DNA of 64,000 bases from Eledone cirrhosa (lineage: Eukaryota): the NCBI GenBank assembly GCA_964016885.1, contig OZ024742.1, positions 5,022,001 to 5,086,000 on the forward strand. Direction: 5' to 3'. The position numbers and the translations under genes are program-made. The notes under the pieces are model-generated. The model searched no databases. It was given only the letters and a program-made list of their open reading frames with translations, and was not told where the DNA came from. This document shows, one piece after another, positions 1 through 14,293 of this stretch; position 1 is the stretch's first letter; the number at the start of each line of letters is the position of its first letter.

Positions 1-2005
1 GCATTTGATAGTTTGCCACACAGTTGGATTGAAAAATGTTTAGAGATTTTCAAAGTATCCCCCGTTGTCAGGAGGCTTTTGTCATTCAGTATGAAGACAT
101 GGAAAACGACACTCCTTTTGAATAGTGAAACAAAATCACTGGAAGCTGGAGAAGTTAATATTAAATGTGGAATTTTTCAGGGTGACTCTTTATCACCGCT
201 TTTATTCTGCATCGCACTTATACCATTAAGTAAAATGCTCAATGAAACAAAACATGGATATAAAGTCTATGACAAAACCATTAATCACCTGTTCTACATG
301 GATGACCTGAAACTATTTGCAAAAAATGATGAACAATTGCAAGGGCTATTATCCACTGTGAAGCAGTTCAGTGATGACATTAAAATGGAGTTTGGACTAG
401 AAAAATGCGCCAAAGCAACGTTCACCAGAGGAAAGCTGCTGAAGAGTTCAGACATTAATCTTGATCGGGGGAACGTGATAAGAGAACTTGATCAAGAAAA
501 AACTTACAAATATCTAGGTGTTTGTGAAGGAGACGGAATCAAGCACTCGACAATGAGGGAAAGGATAAGGAAGGAATGTTACCGCAGAGTAAGAGCAATC
601 TTAAGAACGGAATTGAATGCAAGGAATAGGATCGATGCCATAAACACGCTTGCCATACCAGTAGTAACCTACAGTTACAATGTCATCAACTGGTCAAGCA
701 CAGAGATCCGTAGGCTCGATACAAAAATTCAAAAATTCTTAACCATGCACAGAATGCATCACCCTAAGGCAGATATAGATAGAATATATCTCCCTAGGAA
801 AGAAGGAGGACGTGGGTTAATCCAGTTAGACATTGCGTTGAAAACTGCAACAATTGGAGTATCTACATATCTAAGGGAATCACATGATTGGATGATCAAA
901 CTCGTTTTGAAACACGAAAGCATCAAAAGATCATATTCCATTACAAAAGATGCACAAAGATACAGTAATGGACTACAAATTTCAGAAGTCCCATTTACTG
1001 CTGAAATGGAAAACACAGAAAAAGCAAAGCAGGTAAAAGTAACTGCAAAGAAAGAACTGCTACAGAAACTGGCTAAGAAATGGCAAGAAAAGCCTCTGTA
1101 TGGAAAATACCCAGAGCGAGCTAACAATCCTGATGTTGACAAAACTTTAACCCATCAGTGGTTGGCATCCTCTGGACTGAAATCGGAGACTGAAGGACTG
1201 ATTATATCGGCACAAGATCAGTGTCTGCCAACAAAAAATTACCAAGCCAACATAATAAAAAATGGGTGCAGCCCATTATGCCGTGTATGCAAAAAACAAC
1301 CAGAGACCATTGACCATATAATTTCAATGTGCAGTCCTATAGCTCCAACCGAATACCTAAACAGGCATGACAGAGCTGCACAATACATACATTGGATAAT
1401 GTGTAAGCATTTTGACCTGCCCCATCAAAAGAATTGGTGGGAGCATCAACCACCTCCCATACTTGAAAAAGATCATATCTCAATCTTGTGGAACTTTAGC
1501 ATCCAAACAGACCGAAAAATAGATGCAAACAGACCTGATATAATATTGAAAGACTTTCAAAAGAGGGTATGCCTGCTAATTGATATGTCTGTTCCAATAG
1601 ACAAGAATGTATCTATAAAAACATTTGAAAAATTGAGCAAGTAGAAGGACCTGGAGATAGAAATTGGAAAAATGTGGAAATTGAGAACTAAAACAATACC
1701 AGTGGTTGTAGGCGCTCTTGGAATGATACCTAAGGGGTCTAATGATTACATATCGCAAATCCCAGTAAACCCGCGTATAGGAGAAATACAAAAGATAGTA
1801 TTAATGGGAACTGCCCATATACTAAGGAAGATTCTGTCAATATAAGTACATCACAAGTCTAAACACTAAAGATGCATGTGTGAATATGTATGTTCTTTCT
1901 TGAACATGGCGGACCTTGTTGTCTCTTGAGGTCACTGGTTGTGACTTGGTGATAACTCGTATGAACATAAAGCAAGATAAATGCAACTGTAATAATAATA
2001 ATAAT
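1..2005 (+). mobile_element. R4/Dong-like non-LTR retrotransposon (RT, CCHC and restriction-like endonuclease), 3' part, one in-frame stop, (TAA)n tail
   Basis: ORF 13-1644 has [23 protein letters not shown]...H...C and RPDI motifs. The frame continues past TAG at 1642-1644 to ...ILSI* at 1845. The 3' UTR ends in aataataataat. Confidence 0.9.
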
Positions 2006-2077
2006 ACTAAGACCACCACCACCTCCACTACTACTAAAACCACCATCACTACTACTACTACTACTACTACTACTAAA

Positions 2078-2108
<31 letters not shown>

Positions 2109-2146
2109 AAACCACCACCACAACCACCACCGCCACCACTACTACT
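2000..2146. repeat. Mixed (ACT)n/(ACC)n trinucleotide repeat
   Basis: Directly visible; explains the poly-Thr and poly-Val ORFs. Confidence 0.9.
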
Positions 2147-2489
2147 GTCATATTCTCGTTGTTAATTTTGTATTTTAATGAAAATTTGCAACTGAAGAAG
2201 TAGAAAAAATATATCATGGCTGCTAGCAAATAGAAAATGTTCTCCTGTAAAATTGTGTGTTATATTGATTGTTATGTTAGAACTAAAAAAAAGGGTGTGT
2301 TGATAAACTTGACGAAGGTATAAGAAATATTCCCTGGATTTAGCATCGCTTTGGAAACTTCTTAAATTTCCAATTTCAATTTAAGATGAATCAAAGATTA
2401 GTCAAGTCCTTTTATTGGTTTGGTAAACTCGATGGTGGCCATATTGAGCCACCATATTATAGAAATTAAGTCGATCATATCGACTCTAT

Positions 2490-2603
2490 CAAATCCCGTC
2501 GAGGTTAACTTTGCCTTTCATCCTTACGGGGTCGATAAAATAAAGTACCAGTAATGTACTGGGTAATTGCTGGCCTTGTGCCAAAAGTAGAAACAATTAT
2601 ATT
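2490..2603 (+). mobile_element. tRNA-derived SINE (Nin-domain, octopod-type), partial
   Basis: tttgcctttcatccttacggggtcgataaaataaagtaccag...ggccttgtgcc...gtagaaacaattatt, shared with many copies in this window. Confidence 0.8.
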
Positions 2604-3023
2604 TTAAAGTGTGGCACTTACTTTATTGATCTCTTTTGGCCGAATTGCTAGCTTACAGGACATAAAAACAAAAACATTAACTCACATACATATATATGAC
2701 AGGCTTCAGTATAATTTCCATCTACCATGTTTTGCATACAAGGCCTTGGTCGACCCGTGGCTATTATAGAAGGCGCTTGCTGAAGGTATTACTGAGTGGG
2801 ATTGAACTCGAAGCCATATGGTTACGAAAAACATTTCTTAATTCACACACCATGTCTGCGTCTAATTGTCATTATTGAATTATATTATTGTAACAGCATG
2901 ACGAGGCAACATATTCGCAGAGTCGTTAGAATGTTGGATAAGGTGCCTTGTGGTATTTGTTCTGGCTCTCTGCACTCTAAGTTCAAATCAAAACAGGATC
3001 AACATAGATAGATAGATAGATAT

Positions 3024-6000
3024 GTTTCTTTTATTTGCCACAAGGGCATCAAAAGTGGGACAAGTACAATGGGGGGAGTTTACAAAACAAGGCGTCCTCA
3101 ATAGGGAGGAGGCAATAACAATATATAAAAATAAAATAAAATATAACAAAAAATAGAATTATAACAAAATCCTCAATAGAGGATTTTGTTATAAAATATA
3201 ACAAAAAATAAAATTTATAACAAAATCCTCAATAGAGAGGAGGCGCCTTGGGGGGTCGCACACACCCCCGAAAAAAGTGTGCAACCCTTTTCCTCAGGAG
3301 CACAGAGAGGGGTGCTCCCTCGTTCCTTCCTCTTTTCCACCTACAGGCTCATGTAAAGAGAAGGCCCATTCACACGGGCCATTCTCGCCACTTTCACCCA
3401 CCTTTCATAAAAACGACTGGGGTGCAGCACCTCTCTCTCCATCCTGATCCTTCTTCCGAAATGATATCGGAAGAAACGGACCAGTTGTTGGCCAGAGAGA
3501 AAGGTGCCTGACCTCAGTCCTTTCAGACGCGTCCACCATACAACCTCTTTCGCCATGGCTATTACGCACAGAAACACCGCCTCTGCTTCATCTTTGAAGG
3601 GGGGAGGCGGCTTGATCATTACAATAGACTCGGTGGTCAACCGGATCGGTCCCACCCTTGACAGCAGTTGTTCGACATAGCCCCACAGATCGGCTACGCC
3701 CGAGCAGTGTACCAATGCGTGTGCAACGGTTTCCTCGTCGCACACGCATCTGGGACAGATCTTTTTGGCGGGGTCCCTACCCGGGCGCCCGTGTCTGTAG
3801 AGCCTTTCTCGAACGGGTAAAGCTCCTCGGTAGCACTGCCAGGCCAGGGACTTCTGGAAGTTGTCAATAGGTCCCGGGCTGAATGTCCTACCGAACAGGC
3901 TGGCCAGTTCGTCTTCCTCCATGTCTAGGGCTTCTCCGAGGGCGTCGTCGCACCTGCTGCGTACCAGCCCTCTATAGAATGTTGCGGTGGAGTCTCCACT
4001 GATAACCGGATCCGCCTGCCAGAGGGCGGTGAGCGCCTGGGCACACTCAGTGTGCCAGGCGCCCAGTTTTCTCGGTCTTTGCTTGACCCAGGATTGCAGC
4101 TCGGTGAGTGAGACGAGTCTGGGAAAGGTTCGTCTCACAAACGAGGCCCACACCGGTTGTCCGGTGAGGAATACGTAGAGGTGCCGTAGCCTTAATGCGT
4201 GTTTACGCATCATTAGCCACGGCATCCCCAGCCCTCCTTTCGAAGGGTGTTGACAGCAGATGGATCTCCTCACCATAGGAGCCCGCCTCTTCCAAAGGAA
4301 TTAGAAGAGCGCGCGCTCCATCTTAGTGAGGGTTTCCCTTGGGCAGGGCACTACGGTCAGGCGGTAGTAGATGACGGACGCTATGTAGGTGTTCGCCACC
4401 TCCGCCCGACCTTTCAGGGATAGTTTGCAACTGGCCCACTTCTGGGTCAGTGCAAACACCCTGTTCGTAACCTCCGCCCAGTTTTTCTCCACCTGGAGGT
4501 CCGGTCCGAACCAGACCCCGAGCAACTTCACCGGGCCCTCCGTCCAGCGTCCGACGACGCCATCGGAGGGCATCGGTCTGCCCCTCCACGTGCCGAGTTG
4601 CAAACCGATCGACTTGTCCCGGTTCAGCTTAGCCCCTGTGAACTTTTCGTACTCCTCCAGTAAGGTGCCGACCGCCTCGATTTCGGAGGCCGTCGACACC
4701 ATTACTGTCACGTCATCGGCGTAGGCCGACACCGCTTTCCGCAATCCCGGTTCCAAAGGGATGCCCTGCAACAACTCCAACTTCCGCAGTAGTGGCTCGA
4801 GAGTCAACACATACAGAAGGGAGGAGAGAGGGCACCCTTGTCGGATGGACCGCGCGATTTTGAACGGCTCCGAGAGGTAGCCGTTCACCTTGACCCTAGA
4901 GCAGATGCGGCTGCTGTGCATAGCAGTGATCCAGCCCCTGAAAACGGGTCCGAAGCCTGCCGCCGCTAGCACTGCATCCAGGTAACCATGGTCGACCCTA
5001 TCGAACGCCTTAGATTGATCCAAGTTGATCAGAGCCCCACCAAAGCCGGGTTCGTTCCCAACCCTCTCTATGATGTATCGCATGAGGTGGAGGTTGTCAT
5101 GGATGGACCTGGACGGGATAGCGCATGTCTGCGCATCTCCCACCAGGTTGCCCACGACAAGCGCCAACCTCTTTGCTAGCACCTTGGCCAAAATCTGTAA
5201 CTCTGTATTTAGCAGAGTTATGGGCCTGAAGTTACTTATTTCGTCCCCCTTGTTCGCCTCCTTCCTCACTAGCGTGACTACGCCCTTGGTCACAGTACAG
5301 GGAATTCTCCCGTTCTGTTGCCAGTTGCAGTAGACCGCCTCGAGGAGATCGGGGAACAAGTCCGGCATAGCTTGATATAATTCGTAAGGAAGACCATCGA
5401 GACCCGGGGATTTGCGTTTGCCGCATTGGCTCAGCACGTCCTCTATCTCAGCGGTCGAAATCGGCTCCTCGTAGGACTTCGCCTCCCTGTCCGAGAGGCG
5501 CGGCAGGCCGTCGAGGTATGGACCGAAGTCCACGTTCCCAACCGGCTCCCCGCCCCTCCCGAACAGTCGGGCAAAGTGCCTTTGAAAGGCCTCACACTTC
5601 TGCTCAGGCTCAAGAATCGCCCGTCCATCCAGGTCTCGCAAAGACCGGATGGTGGATTTAGTTCCACTGTTGGCCTCTGTCACGCGGGCCCAGCTAACAG
5701 CTTTGGTCCCCTCGTTCCCTAGAGCACGTATTTTACTTCGGACAACGCAGCCTTCGTGCTTCGCGTCGAAAAACTGGCTCAAAGCCGTTCTCGACGCTAG
5801 CACTCTGGCCACGTCGCCGCTTCTAATTGCCTCTTCTACTCTATCTATTAGCTCCCTTTCCTTCCTATTCCTATCCGCAGCTAGAACCTTACTAAATTCT
5901 ATCGAGACTACTCTAATCTCTCTCTTTAGAGATACCCACCACCTGCTGTTGACGATCGCTCCAGTCAACCGTTCCTTAACTAACGTACTAATCCGATTCC

Positions 6001-6925
6001 TGTAGGCTCTACTTGCCGGCAAGGATAAGTTGAGCTTCCAGTAACCGGGGCCCTGTCTATGAGTTCTGTCAAGGTTGACCATGCAGGTCACTAATTTGTG
6101 GTCTGAATAGCCAACCATGCGCATTTTTGGACAACTTAAAAAGTCCTTATCCTTAATTCTAACTAAGAACCTACCTAGGTACGACCTAGATGATCCGCTA
6201 CGATTTGCCCAAGTCCAGGTTGGCGCAGTCGGAAAATCTAGTCGATATCTATCGGCCAGGTCAAATCGACCGATTAACCCTTTGAGGCTATTACACCCCT
6301 CTCTATCGGGGCAGGCCCCTACGTAGTCCCAGCGTGCATCTAGGATACCATTCCAGTCCCCCACTAATAGCAAGGAGCGGGACGTCCCTAGAAAAGTCTC
6401 CAGACGATGGAAGAAGTCCGGCCGCATTGACCCGAAAGGGCCGTAGGCGGCTACCAACCTAAACGCTCCGCCTTTACCACTGCCAAGGTCCAGAACCACT
6501 AGTCGACCCTCCGGGTCCAAATGTACCATCTGTGTTGCGAGACCCAGATGTTTTTGCAGCAGAACGACAACTCCACCCCCACCTCCGGGCTGACAGAGAG
6601 ATGCGTGCATCTCAAAGTCATCAAAGGTGGGGGCCAGCTGTCGCACGTTGCTGATCCGGGCCTCGCAAATAACCATCACATCTATACGTTGTGACCTGAG
6701 GTCATTTAGAAGCATTGCTTGCTTCCAAGTTGAGCCCAGGCCACGTGCATTTAAACAGCCTACTCTTAGCATAGCTATGTTGGTGGTGAAGAGAAAAGGC
6801 ACTTACCTCTCTGCGTCCCGGGTATCGGGCTGCACAATTTCCATTAGGGTGGGGGATGGGTTGTTGGGTGGGGTGGTGGTTTGTGGAAGTGTGGGGGCAT
6901 CAGTGTGTTGTGTGGTTGGGGAGAT

Positions 6926-6926
<1 letters not shown>
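3024..6926 (-). mobile_element. Tx1-clade (L1 group) retrotransposon: end of ORF1 plus ORF2 (APE endonuclease, RT, C-terminal zinc knuckle), one in-frame stop, flanked by (GATA)n on both sides
   Basis: ORF 4301-6802 has LNARGL, GDWN, SDH, PGLDG, RPITLLN, DQSKAFD, RQGCPLS and YADD. It continues in frame as ORF 3341-4276 (CPRC...ETVAHALVHC). Confidence 0.93.

Positions 6927-7023
<97 letters not shown>
6927..7023. repeat. (GATA)n then (GA)n microsatellite
   Basis: Directly visible. Confidence 0.95.
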
Positions 7024-8413
7024 TAATAAATAAAGTACCATTCAAGTATTGTACCTTATTTATTCCAGCCCATGGAATGTGACCATTGGTTGGAGTAAAG
7101 CCTTAAAAATTGTAATATGTCCACACAGGTGTCGAATCCCGTACATATCCTGTGTTGTGATACAGTGTTGCCGGTTACACCAAATAGGGACCATTGGATT
7201 CGTTTCTTCTGTTACTCTTTCTCCGTCTGCAGGAATCGGCTAGGTTGGACCATGAGAAGAGACTTGGAGGATCATTCATAACGTGTCATTCTCCAGAAAT
7301 TGAGAAAGGTTGCATTGTGAATTATGTGGTTACGGTTGTTTTTGAAAAGCTGGTAGAAGGCAAATTAGGAAATCAAAACAACTGTCTACACTTTCAAATT
7401 TTTTTCGTGATATTTCGAAGTTAGAACCTCTTTTTCAACAGAACAGAAATGGAGTATAGTATTGACGACGAGCGATGCTTTAGTGTGTGGAAATTAAGTA
7501 GGAAGATTAGTGCCATTATCAGTCTGCTGTACTTACAATAGCCAGTCGGTTTCAAACGACTCAAGCCCACTGTTTATGAATGGTCTCGTTCTAGTGGTCA
7601 GAATAGCTTAATTGATATCCAATTGTTAGATATTTCTTTCTGTCGCCTCAATTATAACACTGATATCTTTGGCGTCAATGACTGCGACGAATTTTACAGA
7701 ACAAATAATGTTAAAATATTTCTCGAACAATCCAAGTTATATGGGAGTCCAATTACAACCTATCATTCCCCAGAAATCAAGAATAGTTGAGTAATGAGCT
7801 AAAAAGAACCCTTCTCATAAAGAAAGATGAAACAAAATACACTGTTAGAACAATTCAAGGACATACATATATGAAGTAGAACATGGAACGGGAATAAAAA
7901 ACAAGATAAAATAAAGACAAACGTGTCAGTGTGAGTCAGCCAATTTGTTAAGTTATTAATTTTTAAATATTTCGGCAATGTTTTGACTTACATATCTATC
8001 ATTTCAGTGACGTTATAAAAGATGTTAAAATAATAGGAAAACCTGATATCATATGCAAAAATAAAATAAACCTTCTAGCAATAGTTTCTATTGAATATTG
8101 AAAGTGGAAAAAAAAAAATGTAATGTTAGAAATCATAAGTTAACATTGTTCTTTGACTTGCTTCCAGTGGTTTAACAGTGTTTGGTTAAAGAATTGATGT
8201 AGTTTAGTGACGATAACATTTGACAAGTAAAGAGTTCTGATAATAATATGTGTTTTTGGTATTCTTAAAAAAGAATCTATTATATAGAGGATCCGCTAAG
8301 GTGAAACAATTGTTCTCGGTATGGTAAACTAACTGTTGTGTAACCACTTCTACCTAACTCGTCCCATGGACTGAGTGCTCTACCACTACGGTTATTACCT
8401 TCCAGTGTTCTAC

Positions 8414-8477
<64 letters not shown>

Positions 8478-8884
8478 CATGACTTGGCAAGCTATTTAGA
8501 ACGCTGGTTTAACCGCTTTACTTCCCTCCGAAGAAAATATATTATCTCAAAAATTAAGGACATTTAAATAAATTTAAGGTAAAAGACTAATTGTCAACAA
8601 TATCTTTTGCATTTGCATTTATATTCTATGTCCATACCTGCATTGTTTTGGCTTTACAAATACAAACGTTTATATATATATATATATATATATAACCAAA
8701 GATTAGTATGGTTTGTTGATTATTCAACGAATACAATTTTACAATAGATTAGAAGCACTCAACAAAATGTTTTCCTGGAGTTTTTAATATTATTCAAAAT
8801 GTTAACAAATGATGAAAAATATTCGCATAATCAAAATATATATTTTGATTATGCGAATATTTTTCATTTCTTAACATTTTTGAA

Positions 8885-8950
<66 letters not shown>

Positions 8951-8954
<4 letters not shown>

Positions 8955-10189
8955 TTTGGCAAGAAAGTAATTTGGGTGGGTTTTTCATACAAAGAATGAA
9001 GTTTGATCAATTATATATTTTCCATTATGTTCGATGACCTTTTGCCACCTTTATGGCAACTTCATGATTCCGCGCTCATAGAACTTCTTGTCCTTATCAG
9101 CCAAAAACTGAAGCAAGAGGGATTTCAGGTCATCAAAATTATTGAAAATTTTACCATTCAATGAATTTTGCCAACTTTTAAATAAATGGTAATCTGATGG
9201 TGCAAGGTCAGAGCTATATGGTGGATGTGACATCACTTCACAAACAAACTCTAATAATTTTTCACGAGTTACCAAAATCGTGTGTGGTCTAGCGATTCCT
9301 TTACGATTTGCCAATTCTGGCCGTTTTTCTTTGATTGCTTCCTCCAGTTTTATTAGTTGTTGCCAGTAAACATCTGAATTGATCGTTTGGTTCCTTGGAA
9401 GCAGCTCCAATAATACAACACCTTTGTAATCACACCAAATTGACAGCATGACCTTTTTTTAAGCAATTCAGCTTTCGGTGTGTTTTGTGCTGGTTCATTA
9501 GACTTGGACCATGATCGTTTTCGATTGATGTTATTGTAGACAATCTATTTTTCATCACCAGTGATGATACGTTTCAAAAAAAGGTCGATTTCATGGCGTT
9601 TGAGATGCATATCGAGAATATGGATTCGTTGTGTTAAGTGAATCTCTTTCAATTTATGTGGAACCCAAATATCGAGCTTCTTAACGAGTGCAAAACATTT
9701 TAAGTGATTTTCAATTGTTGTGTGTGATACATTTACCTCTCTGCAATCTCTCGCACACTTATATAACAATTAGATTCAATTATGGCTTTAATTCGGTCAT
9801 CATCAACTTCAGTAGCTCGACCAGAACGTTGGCCAACTTTGAATGAAAAATCTCCAGGACGAAATTTTTAAAACCATTTCTGACATGTTCGTTCTGTTAA
9901 GCAATCAACACCATAAACTTCACATATCTCAGCAGCTTTCTTTCCTTTACAGAAATAAAACAGCAAAATATGGCGAAAATGTTCGTTTTTGCACTCCACG
10001 TTAAAATTGACACTGAACTAACAGCTGTAAAAAAAATAAAAAATTGCGCGCAATTTGCTTCTAAAGTAAGCTAAAAGTAACGGCTATCAAATTTCAAAAG
10101 GAAAAAATCATAACATTGACAAAAGGCATTTTAAAAAATCGTAACTCTGTCTATTTGCGAAAAACGAAATTACTTTCTTGCCAACCCAA
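8951..10189 (-). mobile_element. Degenerate full-length mariner transposon in (TA)n
   Basis: TIRs ttgg(t/g)ttggcaagaaagtaattt at both ends with TA flanks. Transposase fragments carry WVPHKL, ITGDEK and HPPYSSDLAPSDYHLF; frameshifted. Confidence 0.92.
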
Positions 10190-10319
10190 TATATATATAT
10201 ATAGTTGTCCTATATAATGTTTCCTTAATCCGTTGTCAGTGTTGCCTTCGCATCGATTGCGAGTGAAGGCTTTCATATATATGCATATATGTGTTTTTGT
10301 GTGTGTTTGTGTATTTTTG

Positions 10320-10381
<62 letters not shown>

Positions 10382-10814
10382 AGTGTATGTCTATGTATAT
10401 GTGTTTGTGTGCGTGATTGTGCTTGTGTATGTGTGTGTTTATCTATCATTCCATTTTTCATTATTTCATTTTAAATTATCTTTATATATTTAATTCTGTT
10501 CATATTCAATTAATATTTTATGTATAATTTCGTTTAGTTTGTTTTTTACTTTCCAGTTCATAAACTTTACAAAAATGTATATTGCTATTTTAAAAGTAAT
10601 AAATAAAAGTCGTATAATATAATAGAAATGTGTCTATATAAAAACAATATTGTAGTATATTTTTGTTAATTATGAGACCTAATTAATTGGATACATAAAT
10701 TATCAGTAGATACACATATATACAATCACACGCACATTGTGTCAAAATGTTCGCTATATCTTTCTAAACAGATATTTTTCTATAATTATTCTTTCATTAA
10801 ATTATCAGTATATA

Positions 10815-11040
10815 GTGAAGGCGCGTGTCCTAGTGGTTCATGAGTTCGGTACGTTGTGTCCTTGAGCAAGACACTTTATTTCACCTTGCTCCAGTCCATT
10901 CAGCTGGCAAAAATGAGTTATGTATGATTCGAAGGGCCAGCCTTTTCACATTCTGTGTCAAGCTGGATTTCCTTGAGAACTACGTTGAGGATACAACGTA
11001 TCAACTGGAACACTTGTCGTCGTACCGACGAAGTACCAGT
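10815..11040 (+). mobile_element. SINE, second family (partial)
   Basis: gtgaaggcgc...ccttgagcaagacactttatttcac...gctccagt, shared with 14294-14580. Confidence 0.65.
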
Positions 11041-11179
11041 TGTAGAAGTACTCAAATTTCTATATAGGTTACATTTTAATAACGAGTATAAGAAATTCGA
11101 TTAACTATTTCAAAAGTCATGCCGAATATAAGCTGAAGCCTCTAGGCGTCGCGGTGGGGCTTTTACCTTCCCCCTCTCG

Positions 11180-11212
<33 letters not shown>

Positions 11213-11669
11213 TATATATGAGTGTGTGTGTGTGTGTGTGTTAAAGTCCGGGAATGTAGTTGTCCCAATGTAGTTTACTGTAATAGTCGATCAGTGTAAA
11301 TAATAGTTGAATAATCGAGTGATGTTCCTCTGGGGGTGGAAAGGGACACCTGCGAAGAAACGAACCTCTCATCTTCCGGGTGCTAGGTGTTGAACCATTT
11401 CACGAAAAATACCTTGCCCACTGGTTACCGTTTTTAATAGGATTTTAGGCCTCTCTACCTTATCGAATATTTATTGTGACCGACTGTTATTATTACAGTA
11501 ATCTGCGTTGGGATAACTACATTTCAAATATATCTGTATGTATGCCAGTATTTGTATATAAGCATAGATATGGATACGTATAGGTACATATATACATATA
11601 TAGTTGTATGTGTGTGTATAAATATATGTGTGTTTGTGTGAGTGTATTGTGTGTGGATATATGTTTATA

Positions 11670-11829
<160 letters not shown>

Positions 11830-12879
11830 TGTGTGTGCATATGTATATATATATATATAATGTATACATACACATATATATGTATATTGTACATATATGC
11901 ATACATTCACATACATTTATGTACATAAAAAGAAAAAAACATTGTGAATTATGATTCTCCCTACTAAAGATCCCGTTAACAAAATCATTACTTCTGATGT
12001 TTACTTCATAAATATCAGTAATGTAAAGCTGAATGGCCATTTTGTAGATTTCTTTGGGCGTCAGATTTGCCCCAGCTCACTGAGCTCAGAGTTCTTTGAG
12101 CCTCGGATTTACTCTGGCTCATTGGGCTTAAAGTTTAAATTCCACCGATAACCATGTTGTCTTTCTTTTTTTTAAGGGTTGATGAATAAAGGACCACTCC
12201 AGAAGCAGAGGGTATTAACACATTTTTTTTAAGAATGGGACATGATGTCTTGCAGTATTTGATCCGGTATTGTGCATTCTGATTTCAAATTCTGCCTCGT
12301 ATGAGGATTTGCTACCGGCTGTTTTGACCAGCAATGGAACGCCAAGTTAAAAGATTGGTTCCTTTGTCCCAGCCCACAGATCGCTCACTTTTCTTTTCTC
12401 GGAGTTATTTACAATTTTTTAACTAGATGAAGGACTTATGTTATGTCGAACCTCATATTGTTTGCTTCTAATGCAGTACTTCCTAAAGTGGATGCCAAGG
12501 AAGTTCTTATTCTGACTTGGAGTTATACAACAACTACAATATTTGTTACAAAGTTTGAAATATCGATAGGTACCTTTCAAACATATTTACTGCAATATCA
12601 CACAAACCTAAGAATTTGAATTAAAATTATATTTTGTTCTATATTTCTAGAGCAATATTCTATTCAGATAATATTTTTGTGTTCGGATTCTCAACTGTTT
12701 TCGCTCCATCGGCCATGAATTCTTGATGGAGTCGTTGAGATGTATTGTAAAATACATTTTAAACCTGGTGGGGCTCATACCTCTCCGTAGCTAAACACAA
12801 CCAACATCTTTCAAGAAGATGAAAGAAAAAGAGAGCGACAGAAAGAAAGAAAGAAAGAATGAATGAATGAATGAAAAAA

Positions 12880-13030
12880 AGAGGAATAATCGATCCCAGT
12901 ACTGGACAGGTACTTTATTCCTCGATTTCGAAGGGATGAAAGGCAAAATTAACATCGGCCGGTTGATTTGAACTCAGACGGCAGAGAACTGGAACAAATA
13001 CCGCAAATCATTCTGTCTGACGTTCTAAAG
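12880..13030 (-). mobile_element. Diverged Nin-type SINE
   Basis: ggtactttatt...gatgaaaggcaaa...gatttgaactcaga, the reverse complement of the family consensus. Confidence 0.7.
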
Positions 13031-14293
13031 ACTCTGCCAATTCGCAGCCATTTTCAACACTAGAAATTCCAATAATTTGTCAAAAATAAAACAAACATTT
13101 GTTTTCTTCAAATCAAATTTTTTAAAAAGTTTGAAGATTATTTATTATATTACCAAATCTCTGTATTACAATCTGATGGCAGAAGAATTGCCATCTGGAT
13201 ATTAATAGATTAAAGTAGTGTCTGGGGAATGAAAATCTCTTCAACTCTGTATCGATAAATTACATTATTGATTTTTTAAAAGTCTTTGAATTCTAAATCA
13301 ATTTAAAATAAACCAATGCACGTTTTTATCTTTGAATGATATCAGTTTATTTTGTGAACTCATACGGTAAATATTTTTGAAATTAATTTTTCGACACGTC
13401 TAACATCTGTGGAGGGGGAAAGCCCTTTACGAATTATGGAAATTGACTTTAGTAGTAGTAATTTATTTATTTATTTATTTATTTAGTAAGAGATATATAA
13501 AGAGAATGAAGATATCATTTACTTCTTCAAAATAATGATTGCTTTGGATTTTGTGAAGATTCTCTAAGGAATAAAATATGATGTATGATATGTTATTACA
13601 AGAGACATTGAACATTCATCGAACCAGGTTTGATATCATAGTATAAGTATCTAAAATCAAAGCTGATATGGTGGGGGTGTCTAGTTAATATAGTGGGTGC
13701 GTATTAGAGTTAATTTGGTGGCTGGGCAGAATTAATTTAATAGGTGGGTGGGTGACAGAGTTAATTTGGTGGATGATAAACAATCCGTCTCTCGGTTTAG
13801 CACCAACGCCTTCTTCTTAGGCGATCTAGAAAATTCGACTCGATAGGTTGTCTCCATTACTGATTCCCGATTTGAGAATAGTTTTCTCTCTCCTTTCCAC
13901 CAATCTTAGATCACCTAAAAAGGGTCATGAAGGCTACCCCACCCTCCATAAATATAAAATCAAACCAATATGACAGTCTTCTAATTTAGAAAACATCAAC
14001 TCCAGTTATTTTATTCAAAATGTTTGGTAATTTGTGTTATTAAAGACTTCTTTCTCACAAGGTTACTCATTGAAATAACATTAGAAATTAACTTAACTCA
14101 AGTTTCTAAAAATATAAGTATCTAAATTAGGTAGAGGATGTCACTTTTTAGAAGTAGCCTAGTGTTTGACTAGGCTACTTCTAGCTGAGGATTTAACCAT
14201 GCGATGGAATGGCATCTTTTTCAATGAGGAGTAATACTATGTCACTTAATGCCACGGAAACCAGGATAAGTACTGGCCTGATGACCCTACTCT

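Noticed and set aside
12427-12725. Apparent plus-strand two-exon structure with an 80-nt GT-AG intron
   Set aside because: All three frames of the first segment contain stops and no domain is recognisable.
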